In this document: positions 52,527 to 64,000 of the stretch, piece by piece
How positions within the stretch are numbered: the stretch's first letter is position 1
Layout: every line of letters begins with the position of its first letter
From: Octopus vulgaris
Taxonomy: Eukaryota
Assembly: GCA_951406725.2 (NCBI GenBank)
Contig: OX597816.1
Span: forward strand, 152,024,001-152,088,000
Direction of reading: 5' to 3'
DNA length: 64,000 bases
Position numbers and translations under genes: made by a program
Notes under the pieces: generated by a model
Told to the model about the DNA's origin: nothing
Databases searched by the model: none
What the model saw: only the letters and a program-made list of their open reading frames with translations

Positions 52527-53996
52527 ATGCAATTCGGCCTCGATAAATGTGCAAAGGCTACCTTTATCAAAGGAAAAATGACAGAAACATCTAACGTTAA
52601 CCTTGACCAACAGAATGTCATAAAAGAACTAGACCCAGCGGAGAGCTACAAGTACCTAGGGATAATTGAAGGGAACGGAATAAGGCATTCAGAGATGAAG
52701 GAAAGGATCAGGAGAGAATGCTATCGAAGAGTAAGAGCTATACTCAAGACAGAGCTGAATGCAAGAAACAGGATCGAAGCAATCAATGCATTAGCTATAC
52801 CAGTCGTGACTTACAGTTTCAATATTGTTAACTGGTCAATTACTGAAATATGTCAGCTCGACAGAAAAATAAGGAAACTGTTGACAATGCATAGAATGCA
52901 CCACCCTAAGGCAGATACAGAACGACTCTATCTGCCAAGAAAAGAGGGAGGCCGTGGTCTTTTGCAACTGGCAATAACAATGAAGATTGCTACAATTGGC
53001 CTAGACACCTACCTGAAAAACTCTGAGGACTGGATGCTAAAACTTGTCTCAAAACATGAAAACAAGAAAGCATCATACTCAGTCACAAAACAGGCAAAGG
53101 AATATCTAAGTGAATTCCGAATACAACCAATTTCGGAATTAGAGATAGATATACAAGAAACAAGCACAGAAAAAGCTAGGCGCATGAAAACCCGTGCCAA
53201 AACTGCGGCCTTAGATATTCTGAATAATAAATGGCAAGAAAAACCTCTCTATGGCAAATACCCAAAGAGAGCGAATAATGCAGATATCGACAAAGCCCTG
53301 ACCCATCAATGGCTAATGGCCTCTGGCTTAAAATCTGAAACAGAGGGGTTTATCATAGCAGCTCAAGATCAATGCCTACCAACAAGAAACTACCAGGCCA
53401 ACATATTAAAGATCAGAAGCAGTCCAACGTGTCGTGTATGCAAGCAACAAAATGAAACCATTGACCATGTGGTCTCCAAGTGCAGTCTTCTAGCGCCTAC
53501 AGAGTATCTCAACAGGCACGATAGAGCTGCACAATATATTCACTGGGTAATCTGTAAAAACCTGGATTTGCCCCATGAAAAAAACTGGTGGGAACACAAA
53601 CCACCCCCAGTGCTTGAAAATGACCACATCTCACTCCTCTGGAACTTCACCATTCAAACTGACAGGAAGATAGATGCAAATAGGCCAGACATCATATTGA
53701 AAAACTTCAAACAAAGAACATGCCTCCTCATTGATATGACTGTCCCAATCGATATAAACGTATCTGTCAAGACCTACCAAAAACTGAGCAAATATAAAGA
53801 TCTTGAAATAGAAATCAGCAAAATGTGGAAGCTGAAGACTAAAACAATACCTGTTGTCATAGGTGCCCTGGGAATGATAGCAAAAGGGGCTGATAGCTAC
53901 CTAACTCAGATACCAGGAAACCCAAAAATGGCAGAAGTTCAAAAGATAGTGCTCATGGGAACTGCTCATATCCTACGCAAAATACTCTCTATGTAA
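52527..53996 (+). CDS. R4/Dong RT thumb + CCHC knuckle + PD-(D/E)xK restriction-like endonuclease (second frame)
   Basis: GLDKCA, YKYLG, GGRGL, CRVC..ETIDHVVSKC, RHD, NRPDII, LIDMTVP, KLSKY. Confidence 0.94.
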   Translation: MQFGLDKCAKATFIKGKMTETSNVNLDQQNVIKELDPAESYKYLGIIEGNGIRHSEMKERIRRECYRRVRAILKTELNARNRIEAINALAIPVVTYSFNIVNWSITEICQLDRKIRKLLTMHRMHHPKADTERLYLPRKEGGRGLLQLAITMKIATIGLDTYLKNSEDWMLKLVSKHENKKASYSVTKQAKEYLSEFRIQPISELEIDIQETSTEKARRMKTRAKTAALDILNNKWQEKPLYGKYPKRANNADIDKALTHQWLMASGLKSETEGFIIAAQDQCLPTRNYQANILKIRSSPTCRVCKQQNETIDHVVSKCSLLAPTEYLNRHDRAAQYIHWVICKNLDLPHEKNWWEHKPPPVLENDHISLLWNFTIQTDRKIDANRPDIILKNFKQRTCLLIDMTVPIDINVSVKTYQKLSKYKDLEIEISKMWKLKTKTIPVVIGALGMIAKGADSYLTQIPGNPKMAEVQKIVLMGTAHILRKILSM

Positions 53997-54221
53997 TCTC
54001 AAGGTTTAAAACAAACATAATTTTCGGTTTAAAAAAAAAAAAAAAAAAAAAAAAACTTTTTTTTTTCTTTTTAGACATTCATTAGTACAACATCCCCACC
54101 CCCCAAATATATGGCACACTAGGCATAACAACAGCATGAACTTCCAACCCTGTTGTCTCTTGAGGTCTCTGGGTGAGACTTGGAGCCAACTTGTACAAAT
54201 ATAAAGCAAAAGTCAAACATA

Positions 54222-54260
<39 letters not shown>

Positions 54261-54304
54261 TAATAATAATAATAATAATAAAATAATAATAATAATAATT
54301 ATAA

Positions 54305-54643
54305 ATTCCTCTCATGGCTTTTGATATTAACTGATTGAATCTCTGATCACAAGCAGAAGTAGTTGGGGTGCATCATATTCATGTGTTGAGAGAAATTTTG
54401 GGGGGTTTGAATAATTCACCTTTGGGATGGGCTAATCGACCAGAAGAAAATTCTAACTGGGCCCCACCTGCAAGGTCATGCGCTGTTTGTTTATCTTGAT
54501 ATGAAATTACCATGTCGCGCACATATGGTTGTGATGCATGTGTCTGGTGTACCCTTATCAGAGGGGTAATCATGATGGGTATATTGGGCTTCGTATATTT
54601 GTGTCCCAGTGTCACTTTGATGGCAGGCATTGCTCTTTCACTC

Positions 54644-54675
<32 letters not shown>

Positions 54676-54802
54676 TAATAATAATAATAATAACAATAAT
54701 AATAATAATAATAATAATAATTGGTAATAATAATAATTGATAATAATAATAATTGATAATAATAATAATGATAATAATAGTAGTAGTAGTAGTAGTAGTA
54801 GT

Positions 54803-54890
<88 letters not shown>

Positions 54891-54900
54891 ATACTGATGA
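54305..54900 (+). mobile_element. Probable LINE 3'-end fragment followed by (AAT)/(TAG)/(CAG)n
   Basis: Unique ~340-bp segment ending directly in an (AAT)n tail within the Dong cluster. Family not verified. Confidence 0.45.
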
Positions 54901-54914
54901 TAATGACGATGATA

Positions 54915-56185
54915 ACAACTGGACAGGAAAACAAGAAAACTACTAGCACCTAAGAATATGCACCACACAAAAACAGATGTTGATCGTGTCTACCTTCCTA
55001 GAAGTAATGGGGAAAGATAAATGATGCACGTAGAACTGTTCTATAAGACTTCCACAATAGCAAGGAACGGGTACTTATCTAGTACAGAGGATTGGATGCT
55101 GCGGTTTGTATTCTAACACGAAAGCAGCAAAAAATCACATTCTATTGTCAAGGAAGCTTGCAAGTTCGCAAGGGAACTTGGCATGAACCCTGAATTAGAT
55201 GAAGAGCCTGAAACCACTGCCACCAAAAAAAGCAAAACGGATCAAACACTGCAAAAAAGAAAGAGTAGACACAAATTCAGGAGCGGTGAAACCAGAAGCC
55301 TCTGCATGGAGAGTATATACTTCGAAGCCGAAATGCTGGTGTAGAGCAAGCAACAACCCATCAGTGGCTGAGAGGGTTTCATATTGGCTGCATAAAATCA
55401 AAGTTTGCTTACCAAAAACTACCAAGCTAACGTTCTTCAAAACGGTTCTGACCCTAAATGCAGATTCTGCGACACATTTGACAAAACAGACCATTTCATC
55501 TAGGGATGTCCTGTGCTGACACTAAACGAATACAGAAATTGCCACTATAGGGTAGATCAGTAATTACCTTGGAAACTATGTAAACATTACAAAATCAGCA
55601 CTCCCGCTTACTGGTATGAACATCATCCTGAGTCAGTCGTTGAAGGTAGAAATGTCACTATCCTCTGAGATTTTCCAGTCAACACTGACAGTAAATCCAG
55701 GCTAATCGACCAGGCATAATTATTAAAGACAGGGAAGAAAATACTTGTAGACTAATAGATGTAAGTATTCCCACTGATAAAAATATATCTAAAAAAATTT
55801 TGACAAATTAAGTAAATATAAGGACCTGGAAATTGAAATACGCAAGATGTGGCATCTTAAAGCAAGAACTTTTCCTGTTATTGTAGGCGCCCTAGGTATG
55901 ATAAAAAGGGGATGTCAGAAACATCTAGATAAGATCCCAGGAGAACCATGTCTCAGAGAAACCCAAAAGATTGTGCTGACAAATACTGTCTAGATCCTTA
56001 GAAATATCCTATCCATTCAAATGTCTGTATTGTATTACGTGATGATATTTCGCTACTGTCCCTGCCACTTCCCCTCCCCCAGCTTTCAGTCATACTGCAA
56101 CACCTCTCACCCTGAGACGTTAGGTGTCTCTTGGCAACTGACTGTAACAAACATGCAGATTAAAAGTGAAATAATATTAATAATA
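54915..56185 (+). pseudogene. Degraded R4/Dong C-terminal half (third family)
   Basis: MHHTKTDVDRVYLPR, CRFC...SSRDV, LIDVSIPTD, KLSKYKDLEIEIRKMWHLK..FPVIVGALG remnants. Confidence 0.88.
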
Positions 56186-57406
56186 ACGTATAAAAATACG
56201 ACAGATTTAGAAAAATACGTAATATTCAGATAAATCATGACAGGCCAGGGAAAAAAATATAAAAATACTAATAATATTGTTTGATAAAGAAAAATAGATG
56301 AGAGAATTGGACCAAGACCTGATTGACAAATCCCTAGGAATCAATGAAAGAGCTAGAAGAATATAACATGCAAATGAAAGACAAGGTTATGAATGAATGT
56401 TATGGATGCCTTAGATTATATTAATACTAAAAGCAGATCTAACTACATAAAAGAAATCCAATAATGTGGCAAGTTCCCTTGCTGAATTTGGAACCATATT
56501 TCTCAAATTCTCAAAATTTCCCTATCCAGAACCACGAACTAATGTATCACCATAAAAGGAAAAGTATCGCTATAGAAAGTATTAACACCACACGTTAACA
56601 CCTTGACCAATCAGCATTGGCTGACTTATGGTTGATGCAGCAAACTATAAAGGAAATGTGCAAATTTTACCGACAAACAAATTTGCCCAAGATTCTAGAA
56701 GTGTGACTCACAGCTATAAAAGGTGGCAAACTCAATCTCAAATTCAGCTGTCTAAGGGAATCGATGTTACTTGTCTCAGTGAATTTGTCGCTTTCACTTC
56801 CATTATGTAACATACTTGTGTCGTAATTGCCAAAAGGCACCAACCTTGACTCGAAGTATCAAGAAAGGCACATTAATTACTCGCATATGCAGCAATTTAA
56901 ATTCTGTGCACTACTTTCATAATATTATCTAGCAAGTTGTAATACAGACGATTTCTAACTGCTATGTTCGTTGAACATTGTTCCATTAATTTATTGGAAA
57001 TACACTTGTGAATATAAACGATGCAGGTTAATAAAATATTTGAAAGCTCAATTAAATTTTACTGTGGTCATTGTCTTTACAGACAACCCGCCTAACATTG
57101 TGAACAGCCAGCTAAGAGTATATGACTATCCAACACACTTAACAAGAATTTTCTTGGTACTCTACAACTAAAATATAGTTATTCACCCAACTGGACACTA
57201 ACTGAATTAGCATGACAAGACTGCCTGCCTTGTCTTACTAATTCAGAGAAATAATAGCAGCATTTAGGATATCCTATCCAAAAGCAGACAAATATATTTT
57301 CAGCGAATATCGCAGTCAGAGCTCTTCTGCAATAACAGGGTTAGTATAAAATATCTACTGCTGGGATATAAAATATTCAGTAAATAATGAAATTAATACA
57401 AATACA

Positions 57407-57830
57407 TAGGCGCAGGAGTGGCTGTGTGGTAAGTAGCTTGCTAACCAACCACATGGTTCCGGGTTCAGTCCCACTTCGTGGCATCTTGGGCAAGTGTCTT
57501 CTGCTATAGCCCCGGGCCGACCAATGCCTTGTGAGTGGATTTGGTAGACGGAAACTGAAAGAAGCCTGTCGTATATATGTATATATATATAAGTGTGTGT
57601 GTATATGTTTGTGTGTCTGTGTTTGTCCCCCTAGCAATGCTTGACAACCGATGCTGGTGTGTTTACGTCCCCGTCACTTAGCGGTTCGGCAAAAGAGACC
57701 GATAGAATAAGTACTGGGCTTACAAAGAATAAGTCCCGGGGTCGATTTGCTCGACTAAAGGCGGTGCTCCAGCATGGCCGCAGTCAAATGACTGAAACAA
57801 GTAAAAGAGTAAAAGAGAGTAAAGAGAGTA
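57407..57830 (+). mobile_element. SINE family B, full length
   Basis: Family match. Confidence 0.93.
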
Positions 57831-58698
57831 CATATCAAATATGACCAAAGAAAAATTGTTTTCTGTCTTCAGGAAAGCCCCCTCCTCACTCCGCAAAAAA
57901 AAAACAACTGAGGACAGTTGAGAGGAAAATGTAAAAACCACAATCTGGGTTATTTTTAAAAAACGTACTGTAAAAAGAAGCTGAAAAGGGGGCTAATATC
58001 TGACAAGACCAAACAAAACGAAAATGGATAAAGCAAAAGAACTCAGCATTAGTCGTGGAGATCAGGATTAAGATATAAAGATTCCAACATAATTTGTCCC
58101 ATTGGGGTATTTATTGAATGAAATTAAATGAAAGTGTTGTAAAAATAATGAGAAATTATTAGGGTCTATGATCAATGTCTATCAAAAATATATTAATAGA
58201 AACAATGAATTTCCAATATGTTCGTAAAAAGAAAATGTGTATATTTACCTGACAGTAACTTTTGCGTGTATGTTCTCTCTTTTGTCTGTATGTTCTCTGT
58301 TTTAATTATAGTGTAATCGGCAGATTTGAGAGATAAAATGTAACATTTCGAATAGTCTTATCAATTTTGCACATCTATATATACCTTCTTGTATAATGCT
58401 ACGTCACATTAAAATCTCTTAATGAAACATTTGTGAATATATCTTAAAATCCATTCGTCTGTTTTACTACTGCATTACGCCCTGCGTATACTTCCATATT
58501 ATATTGGGTAATCTTGGATTTGCAGCATACTGATCTCCAGTGAACTTTCCTTTATCGATACATTCTTTGCTAGCTGACTGGATTGTTTTATTTGTTGCTT
58601 TGTGTTAATACTGTCTAGCCATCATAATGTGCTTCTGCCTTGATCTGCCTTGATCTGCTCAATACATTCCCATCAAATCTCTCACTATATATACGTAT

Positions 58699-58777
<79 letters not shown>

Positions 58778-58914
58778 CACAAGCAAAAGGCTGACTGTGT
58801 CTTCGAAGTTTGTTGATGGCTTGCTTGCCATCAACAGACTGTTTTTCTGACTTTATATAGTTTTTAGCAGGTTGTTTCTATGGTAAGTAGATTTATGCAA
58901 ATGAGAATTAAGTG

Positions 58915-59240
58915 ATTTGTAGGTAAACAGGAGAAGTAGTTGTGTTTGAGGGAGAAGAGATAAGAGGCAAGTGTGAATATGTAGAATGCAGGTTGAGAGA
59001 CAATATAGTGAAGGTTGTTATTCTGGTTTGATCGGGAAAATTTGTTATTGTTTAGAGTCTAGTCAAACGTAAAAATAAAAGGGTAAATAAGTGTGTTGTA
59101 GGTAAACAAGGGAAGTAGTTGTGTAGGAGGGAGAATGGAAATGTATGATGAAAATATGTATATGTAGGAAGCAGGTTGAGAGAAAGTATAATGAAGACAG
59201 TTGTTCTGGTTAGATTGCGAAAATCTGTTATTGTATACAG
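58915..59240. repeat. Diverged tandem duplication (~180-bp period)
   Basis: tgtaggtaaaca..gaagtagttgtgt..gagggagaa...gcaggttgagaga...ttctggtt...tgttattgt occurs twice. Confidence 0.8.
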
Positions 59241-60769
59241 TTCAGTCAAGCATGAGAATGAAGGAGTAAACAAATGTCATATTTATTGAGTTCATGATTT
59301 TTGTTGGTTGAAGTCTTGTAACAAATCAAGATTCTTTGTATATAAGTTTGGTTTTGCACTATTTTATGGTTCATAAAATAATGTTTAATATAATGCGCTT
59401 CGATCTGTCACACGGTGATGGTCAGATAGAGATTGAGACTAGTGTTGCTGTTAGTAACTTTCCTTTATGAAATTTTATAATGGGTATTTACGAAAGTCTT
59501 GGATTTGAAAAGATTATGTTGCTACAAAATAATTATTGGTTTATTCCAATCTGTCTCTAGCGTGGCTGTTAGACAAAGGCTTGCATGTAACTGTATATTA
59601 TTATTTATATATCCAGATAACTGCATAAGGATGTTTCATATTTTCACAGACTTATCTGCCTATGAGGAGATACAAGCAAATAAAAATGTACATGTAACAA
59701 TGTATGAACGTTTATGCATTCATACACTTGCTGTCAAAAATTACGTCATTGTAAAAGAAATAAGCTGAAAATTGTATTTAATGAATACGCGCGTTTCATA
59801 TTTTTGATATCCTTTTATAGTAAGATTATCTATTTTTTTAAATACTTTCAAGGATTGAATCCAAAGAGAATTAATATATTGGAAGTTTTATATAAAGCAG
59901 TCTTTTTATTGAAATTAAAACAACAAAAGAACTTAATTTAGTTGTTGAAGATTTCTGGTGAACTTATGCCGTTGCAAATGATAGCAATTCATACTGGTAT
60001 TAAAAATTATACTTTTAATACAACACCCCACCCACCAGGCTTCTTCTTTCCTTGGCATAAGGAATTAAGAAGAAACCAGTGAAGTTCACTACACATAGAT
60101 GAGTTACCTTGCTTCATAAATGAATGATATCGACTCTGAAAATTTTCGCCCCTTCGTTAGCTCTGTCGCGTGAGGAAAATTTAAGTAAAAAATAAATATA
60201 AAAAATAATTTAGGGTGAAATATAAATGCACACGTATACAGACACGCACACATACATACTTACACATATATACATACACACACACACACACACAAACACT
60301 CACACACATACATATACGTATATAAGTATGTGTGTGTGTGTATGTATGTGTGTATGTATGACTCACTACTCAGATTTTCTTTAAATAAATATTATTCCAT
60401 TCCCCTTTCAGTATTGAGTAATCTGTTTATCTCCATTACATTTCACACTAGTGTGATACCACCGTTTATCACACATACGCACAAACACATATGTACATAC
60501 ACATGCGCACACATACACGTGCATTCTAGAACTCACATAAACACGAATACCATATTTGCACGCGCGCGCGCACACACACACACACACTTATACATATGCT
60601 ACAATGTAGCTTTTATTTAAAATACTGTTTGCAGTACTTACATTAATATTTCAAGCGTAAACTTGTACATCATTTAATGGATGAATGAAACTTCCGATAT
60701 CTCTCTTAACAGACTGACATTTTGATTAAGAAATCATTAATATGCTCTCGTTTTCCTTCTCTCTCTCTC

Positions 60770-60820
<51 letters not shown>

Positions 60821-61987
60821 CTTTCTCTCTTTCTTTTGTAGCCAGTTGTGTTCATTTATCGAAAAGAAATGTATTCTCTTAAGCTAACTGAACGATGTAA
60901 TCGATTTATCAAGTTCGGGAATTTGACCCGGGAACCAAACCGTTTCATTGTACGAATATAAATATTTATGTTTTCATAAAAATTATTCGAATCTTTCCTA
61001 TGAAGAACTAGTCGATTTCTAACAAAGAGACAAAACTCCTTCGCTGGAATTTGGATAAAAAAAACAAATGATAATTGATAAATGTTGAACTTTTGAAAAG
61101 TTTTACACACTTCTACTTTTCTGCTTATAGATTGTATTTACAAAGTATATATTAGTTACTTCCTTTGCCTGAAAACTCGCTTTTCGAGATTGCCATTTAG
61201 ACATTAGCTAACATAGCTGAGTACACCAATAAATCTAGATACTAATGTAAATTTATAATTTGGTTAGAGAACTTGCAGGTTTCGAAGTTACGTTGCCTGT
61301 AAATATTCCCTTTCTCATTGATTTTGAAATGTTCACATCTGCGTAGTTTTTCTTTTCAGTCTCAAACAACTTTATTAATCCTGTTGCGTTTCTATTCGGC
61401 AGAAATTCTGATGGGAATGTTTAACTAATATCCCTCGAGTTGGTAAGTATGTATGTATTCTCTAACAGAGGTAGTCTTCATATTTATCCAAGAACAATCA
61501 TTCGGATGGATACTAAAGTACATTGTTTTAGCAACACCATATCACATTGGAACGTAGTATCCTAATGACATAATGACTTCCATTGAAATATGACATAATC
61601 GATAGTTTCGGTCGACCCTTAGTGATTTAAATGCTTATCTGTTTATGTTGTTCAATAAGCATTTTGTAACTATCTCCTGCTTTCGTTTGGTAAAAGCTTA
61701 AGATTAGAAGTGAGGGCTACGGTCATTAGTCTAAATGAAGTTATTCTTCATATCAATGTGTTATGCAAATAACATTGATATAAAGAGCATACGCATTTGA
61801 CAGGAAGAGGAAAAGAGAACGGCCATTCGGAATAACGTACAGGACTATGACTAAAAATTAGTTTCTTTGAACTAGGATTTACTGGTAATACATGACAATC
61901 AAAGAAACTAATTTCTGAAAATACACAATTGGGAAATGCTGCAGAGTAGTCTATAGAGAAGGAAATTTGCGAAAAGACGTGAAAGAT

Positions 61988-62800
61988 ATGGAAAGATACT
62001 TGAAACCTGACAGATTGAATGTAGACCCAAATTCTACAAATGCTGATAAAACTTTTAATCACTGGCTTAGAATTTTCACTAACTTTATAAACTCACTACC
62101 AGGGCAGGAAGGTAGGATTATCGATAAATTCAATCTTTTGATTAATTATGTGGAACCGAACGTATACGAATTCATCAGTGAAGTTAAAGACAAAGAACAA
62201 GCTGTGAATACACTAAAGAGTGTACATTAAACCACAGAACATCGTAATGGCACGCCATCTTTTAGCCACAAGAAAACAGAAACCAGGGGAATCTCTAGAC
62301 CAGTTCTTAAACGAACTCAAAATATTAGAGAAAGACTGTGATTTTGTTGCAGTGAGTGCTGAGCAGTACCGGTCTGAAATGATTCGAGAACCATTTATAA
62401 ATGGGCTCACTTCGAATCAATTACGACAAAGACTATTAGAAAACAAAAGTGTCGACCTCAGTACAGCTTATGATCAAGCACGTTCACTAGATGTGGCGCA
62501 ACAGAGTTCCAGTGTTTTTCTAAACTCTGAGGGTGCCAACTTCAGTCTAACTGCACCCATTGTAGCTAAGCCAATAGATTCCTTAAAGCAGGAAGGAAAA
62601 CACTCTGCCGCGACCCGAAAAGGAGACCCCTCGCAATGTTGGTTTTGTGGCTATTCCAGACACCCGCGGACTCACTGCCTTGCGCGGAAAGCAGTCTGTC
62701 ACAAATGCCAAAAAAATAGGGCATTTTGGAAAACTATGTAGGAGCAACGCAGCAACTGTAACACAGGATGATGGTAAATATGATTTGCCTTCCGAGTAAC
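61988..62800 (+). pseudogene. gypsy Gag with two zinc knuckles (frameshifted)
   Basis: MERYLKPDRLNVDP..FNHWLRIF; ARHLLATRKQKPGESLDQF; CWFCGYSRHPRTHC and CHKC..GHF. Confidence 0.9.
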
Positions 62801-62804
62801 CTCC

Positions 62805-64000
62805 ATGGTTATACTGAACAATAGCTATAAAGCCGAAGCATTAATTGATAGCGGTAGCACTGACAAGACCTCCATCAGTGAAAAGCTAGTGAACACATTC
62901 AACATCAAGCCGGTCAAATTGAAGAACGTCATTGGTATGGCTTCTGCATCTCTTTCTGCGGAATCCAAGGGCTACTGCACTGTTTCACTAACAATGACTA
63001 ATCAGAAATACTACCATTTGAAACTGTTACGTGCTCAGAAACTTGTGTACTGACCTAATTCTGGGTACTGACTTCCAAGAACGGCATGAAAGTATTACCA
63101 TACAATACGGAGAACAGAGACCACCATTAACATTTACTGCGCTAAAAGCTATGAAAACTGATCCTCCAAAGCTATTCGCTCATCTCAGAGAGGACTGTAA
63201 AACCTATTGTAGCCAAATCGCGAAAATACTCGGAACGTGATCGAGAGTTCATCAGGACAGAGGTACGCCGCTTAGCAGATGCGAACATTATTGAACCTAG
63301 CAACTCCCCTTGGAGATCGCAAATGTTAGTAGTTCAAGAAAAAAAAAGCCAAGAATGGTGATTGACTACTCAGAGACGATTAACAAATACACACAGCCTG
63401 ATACCTACCCACTTCCTAAAATTGATGAGTTAGTGAACACTATCGCCAAGTACAAAGTCTACAGTACTATAGACTTACGTTCGGCATACTATCAGATCCC
63501 TCTATTAGAGAAAGACCGTCAATTCACTGCCTTTGAAACTGATGGAAAACTGTGGCATTATATTAGGATGCCATTTGGAGTAACTAACGGCAGCGCATGT
63601 TTCCAACGTATAATGGACGACTTCGTGAGTAAATACAAGCTACGAGATACGTTCCCATTCATAAACAATTTAACCATATGTGGGAAAGATCAAAATGGCC
63701 GCGATAAAAATTTAGAAAAATTTGAAATGGCAGCAAAAAGTGAAGGGTTTACCATGAATGAAGACAAATGCGTTTACTCAACAACAACTCTTGACTTTCT
63801 TGGATACCGTATCTCACACACTACCCTCAGCCCTGACCCAGAAAGGCTAGCTCCACTCAATCCTCCTACGCCAACTGACCAGAAATCATTAAAACGTATA
63901 GTCGGTATGTTTTTCTTATTATGCTAAGTGGATCTCCAAATTTTCTGACAAAATATATCCTCTAAATAACGTATTAAAATGTCCTCTAAACAGCCAACAA
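62805..64000 (+). pseudogene. gypsy Pol: aspartic protease + RT (frameshifts; YxDD degraded to FINN)
   Basis: ALIDSGS, LILGTDF, PRMVIDYS, YPLP, IDLRSAYYQI, MPFG, FLGY. Confidence 0.92.

Larger units (their letters stand above)
51817..54302 (+). mobile_element. Young 5'-truncated R4/Dong-clade non-LTR retrotransposon inserted in (TAA)n
   Basis: (TAA)n on both sides; RT + CCHC zinc knuckle + restriction-like endonuclease; 3' UTR 53997-54222. Confidence 0.95.
61409..64000 (+). mobile_element. Ty3/gypsy LTR retrotransposon (5' part, degraded, runs off the window)
   Basis: Putative LTR ending aataaca (61774) followed by a degenerate tRNA-Met-like PBS ttgatataaagagc; gag-PR-RT order. LTR start is a guess. 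Confidence 0.88.

Noticed and set aside
56590-56812. Possible solo LTR (CCAAT, TATAAAA, ends ...tgtaaca)
   Set aside because: No matching 5' terminus, TSD or second copy visible.
60130-60172. Minus-strand CUAACGA-AGGGGC-GAAA-AUUU-UC
   Set aside because: No stem II, and the stem I strands are not complementary.

Overview
AT-rich eukaryotic DNA made almost entirely of repeats, with no host gene I can support; it is probably intergenic or intronic. The SINE families and the dense (TA)n/(TG)n/(TATG)n/(TAA)n microsatellites resemble an Octopus-type cephalopod genome, which is inferred from repeat style only. Most ORFs in the track are microsatellite artefacts. Real coding remnants are all transposon-derived: a young 5'-truncated R4/Dong-type RLE non-LTR element inside a (TAA)n-associated cluster (50-56 kb, plus a second cluster at 17-18.4 kb), a full-length mariner, hAT elements, an RTE 3' end, a CR1-like fragment, several Penelope-like (PLE) RT/GIY-YIG remnants, and a Ty3/gypsy gag-pol running off the right edge. 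The main hidden signal is a set of unrelated repeats that each fold into a minimal type I hammerhead ribozyme, including apparent core variants (C3-G8, U3-A8, G3-C8, A9C). Several sit in inverted repeats whose inverted arm ends at or near the predicted cleavage site. All folds were made by eye.
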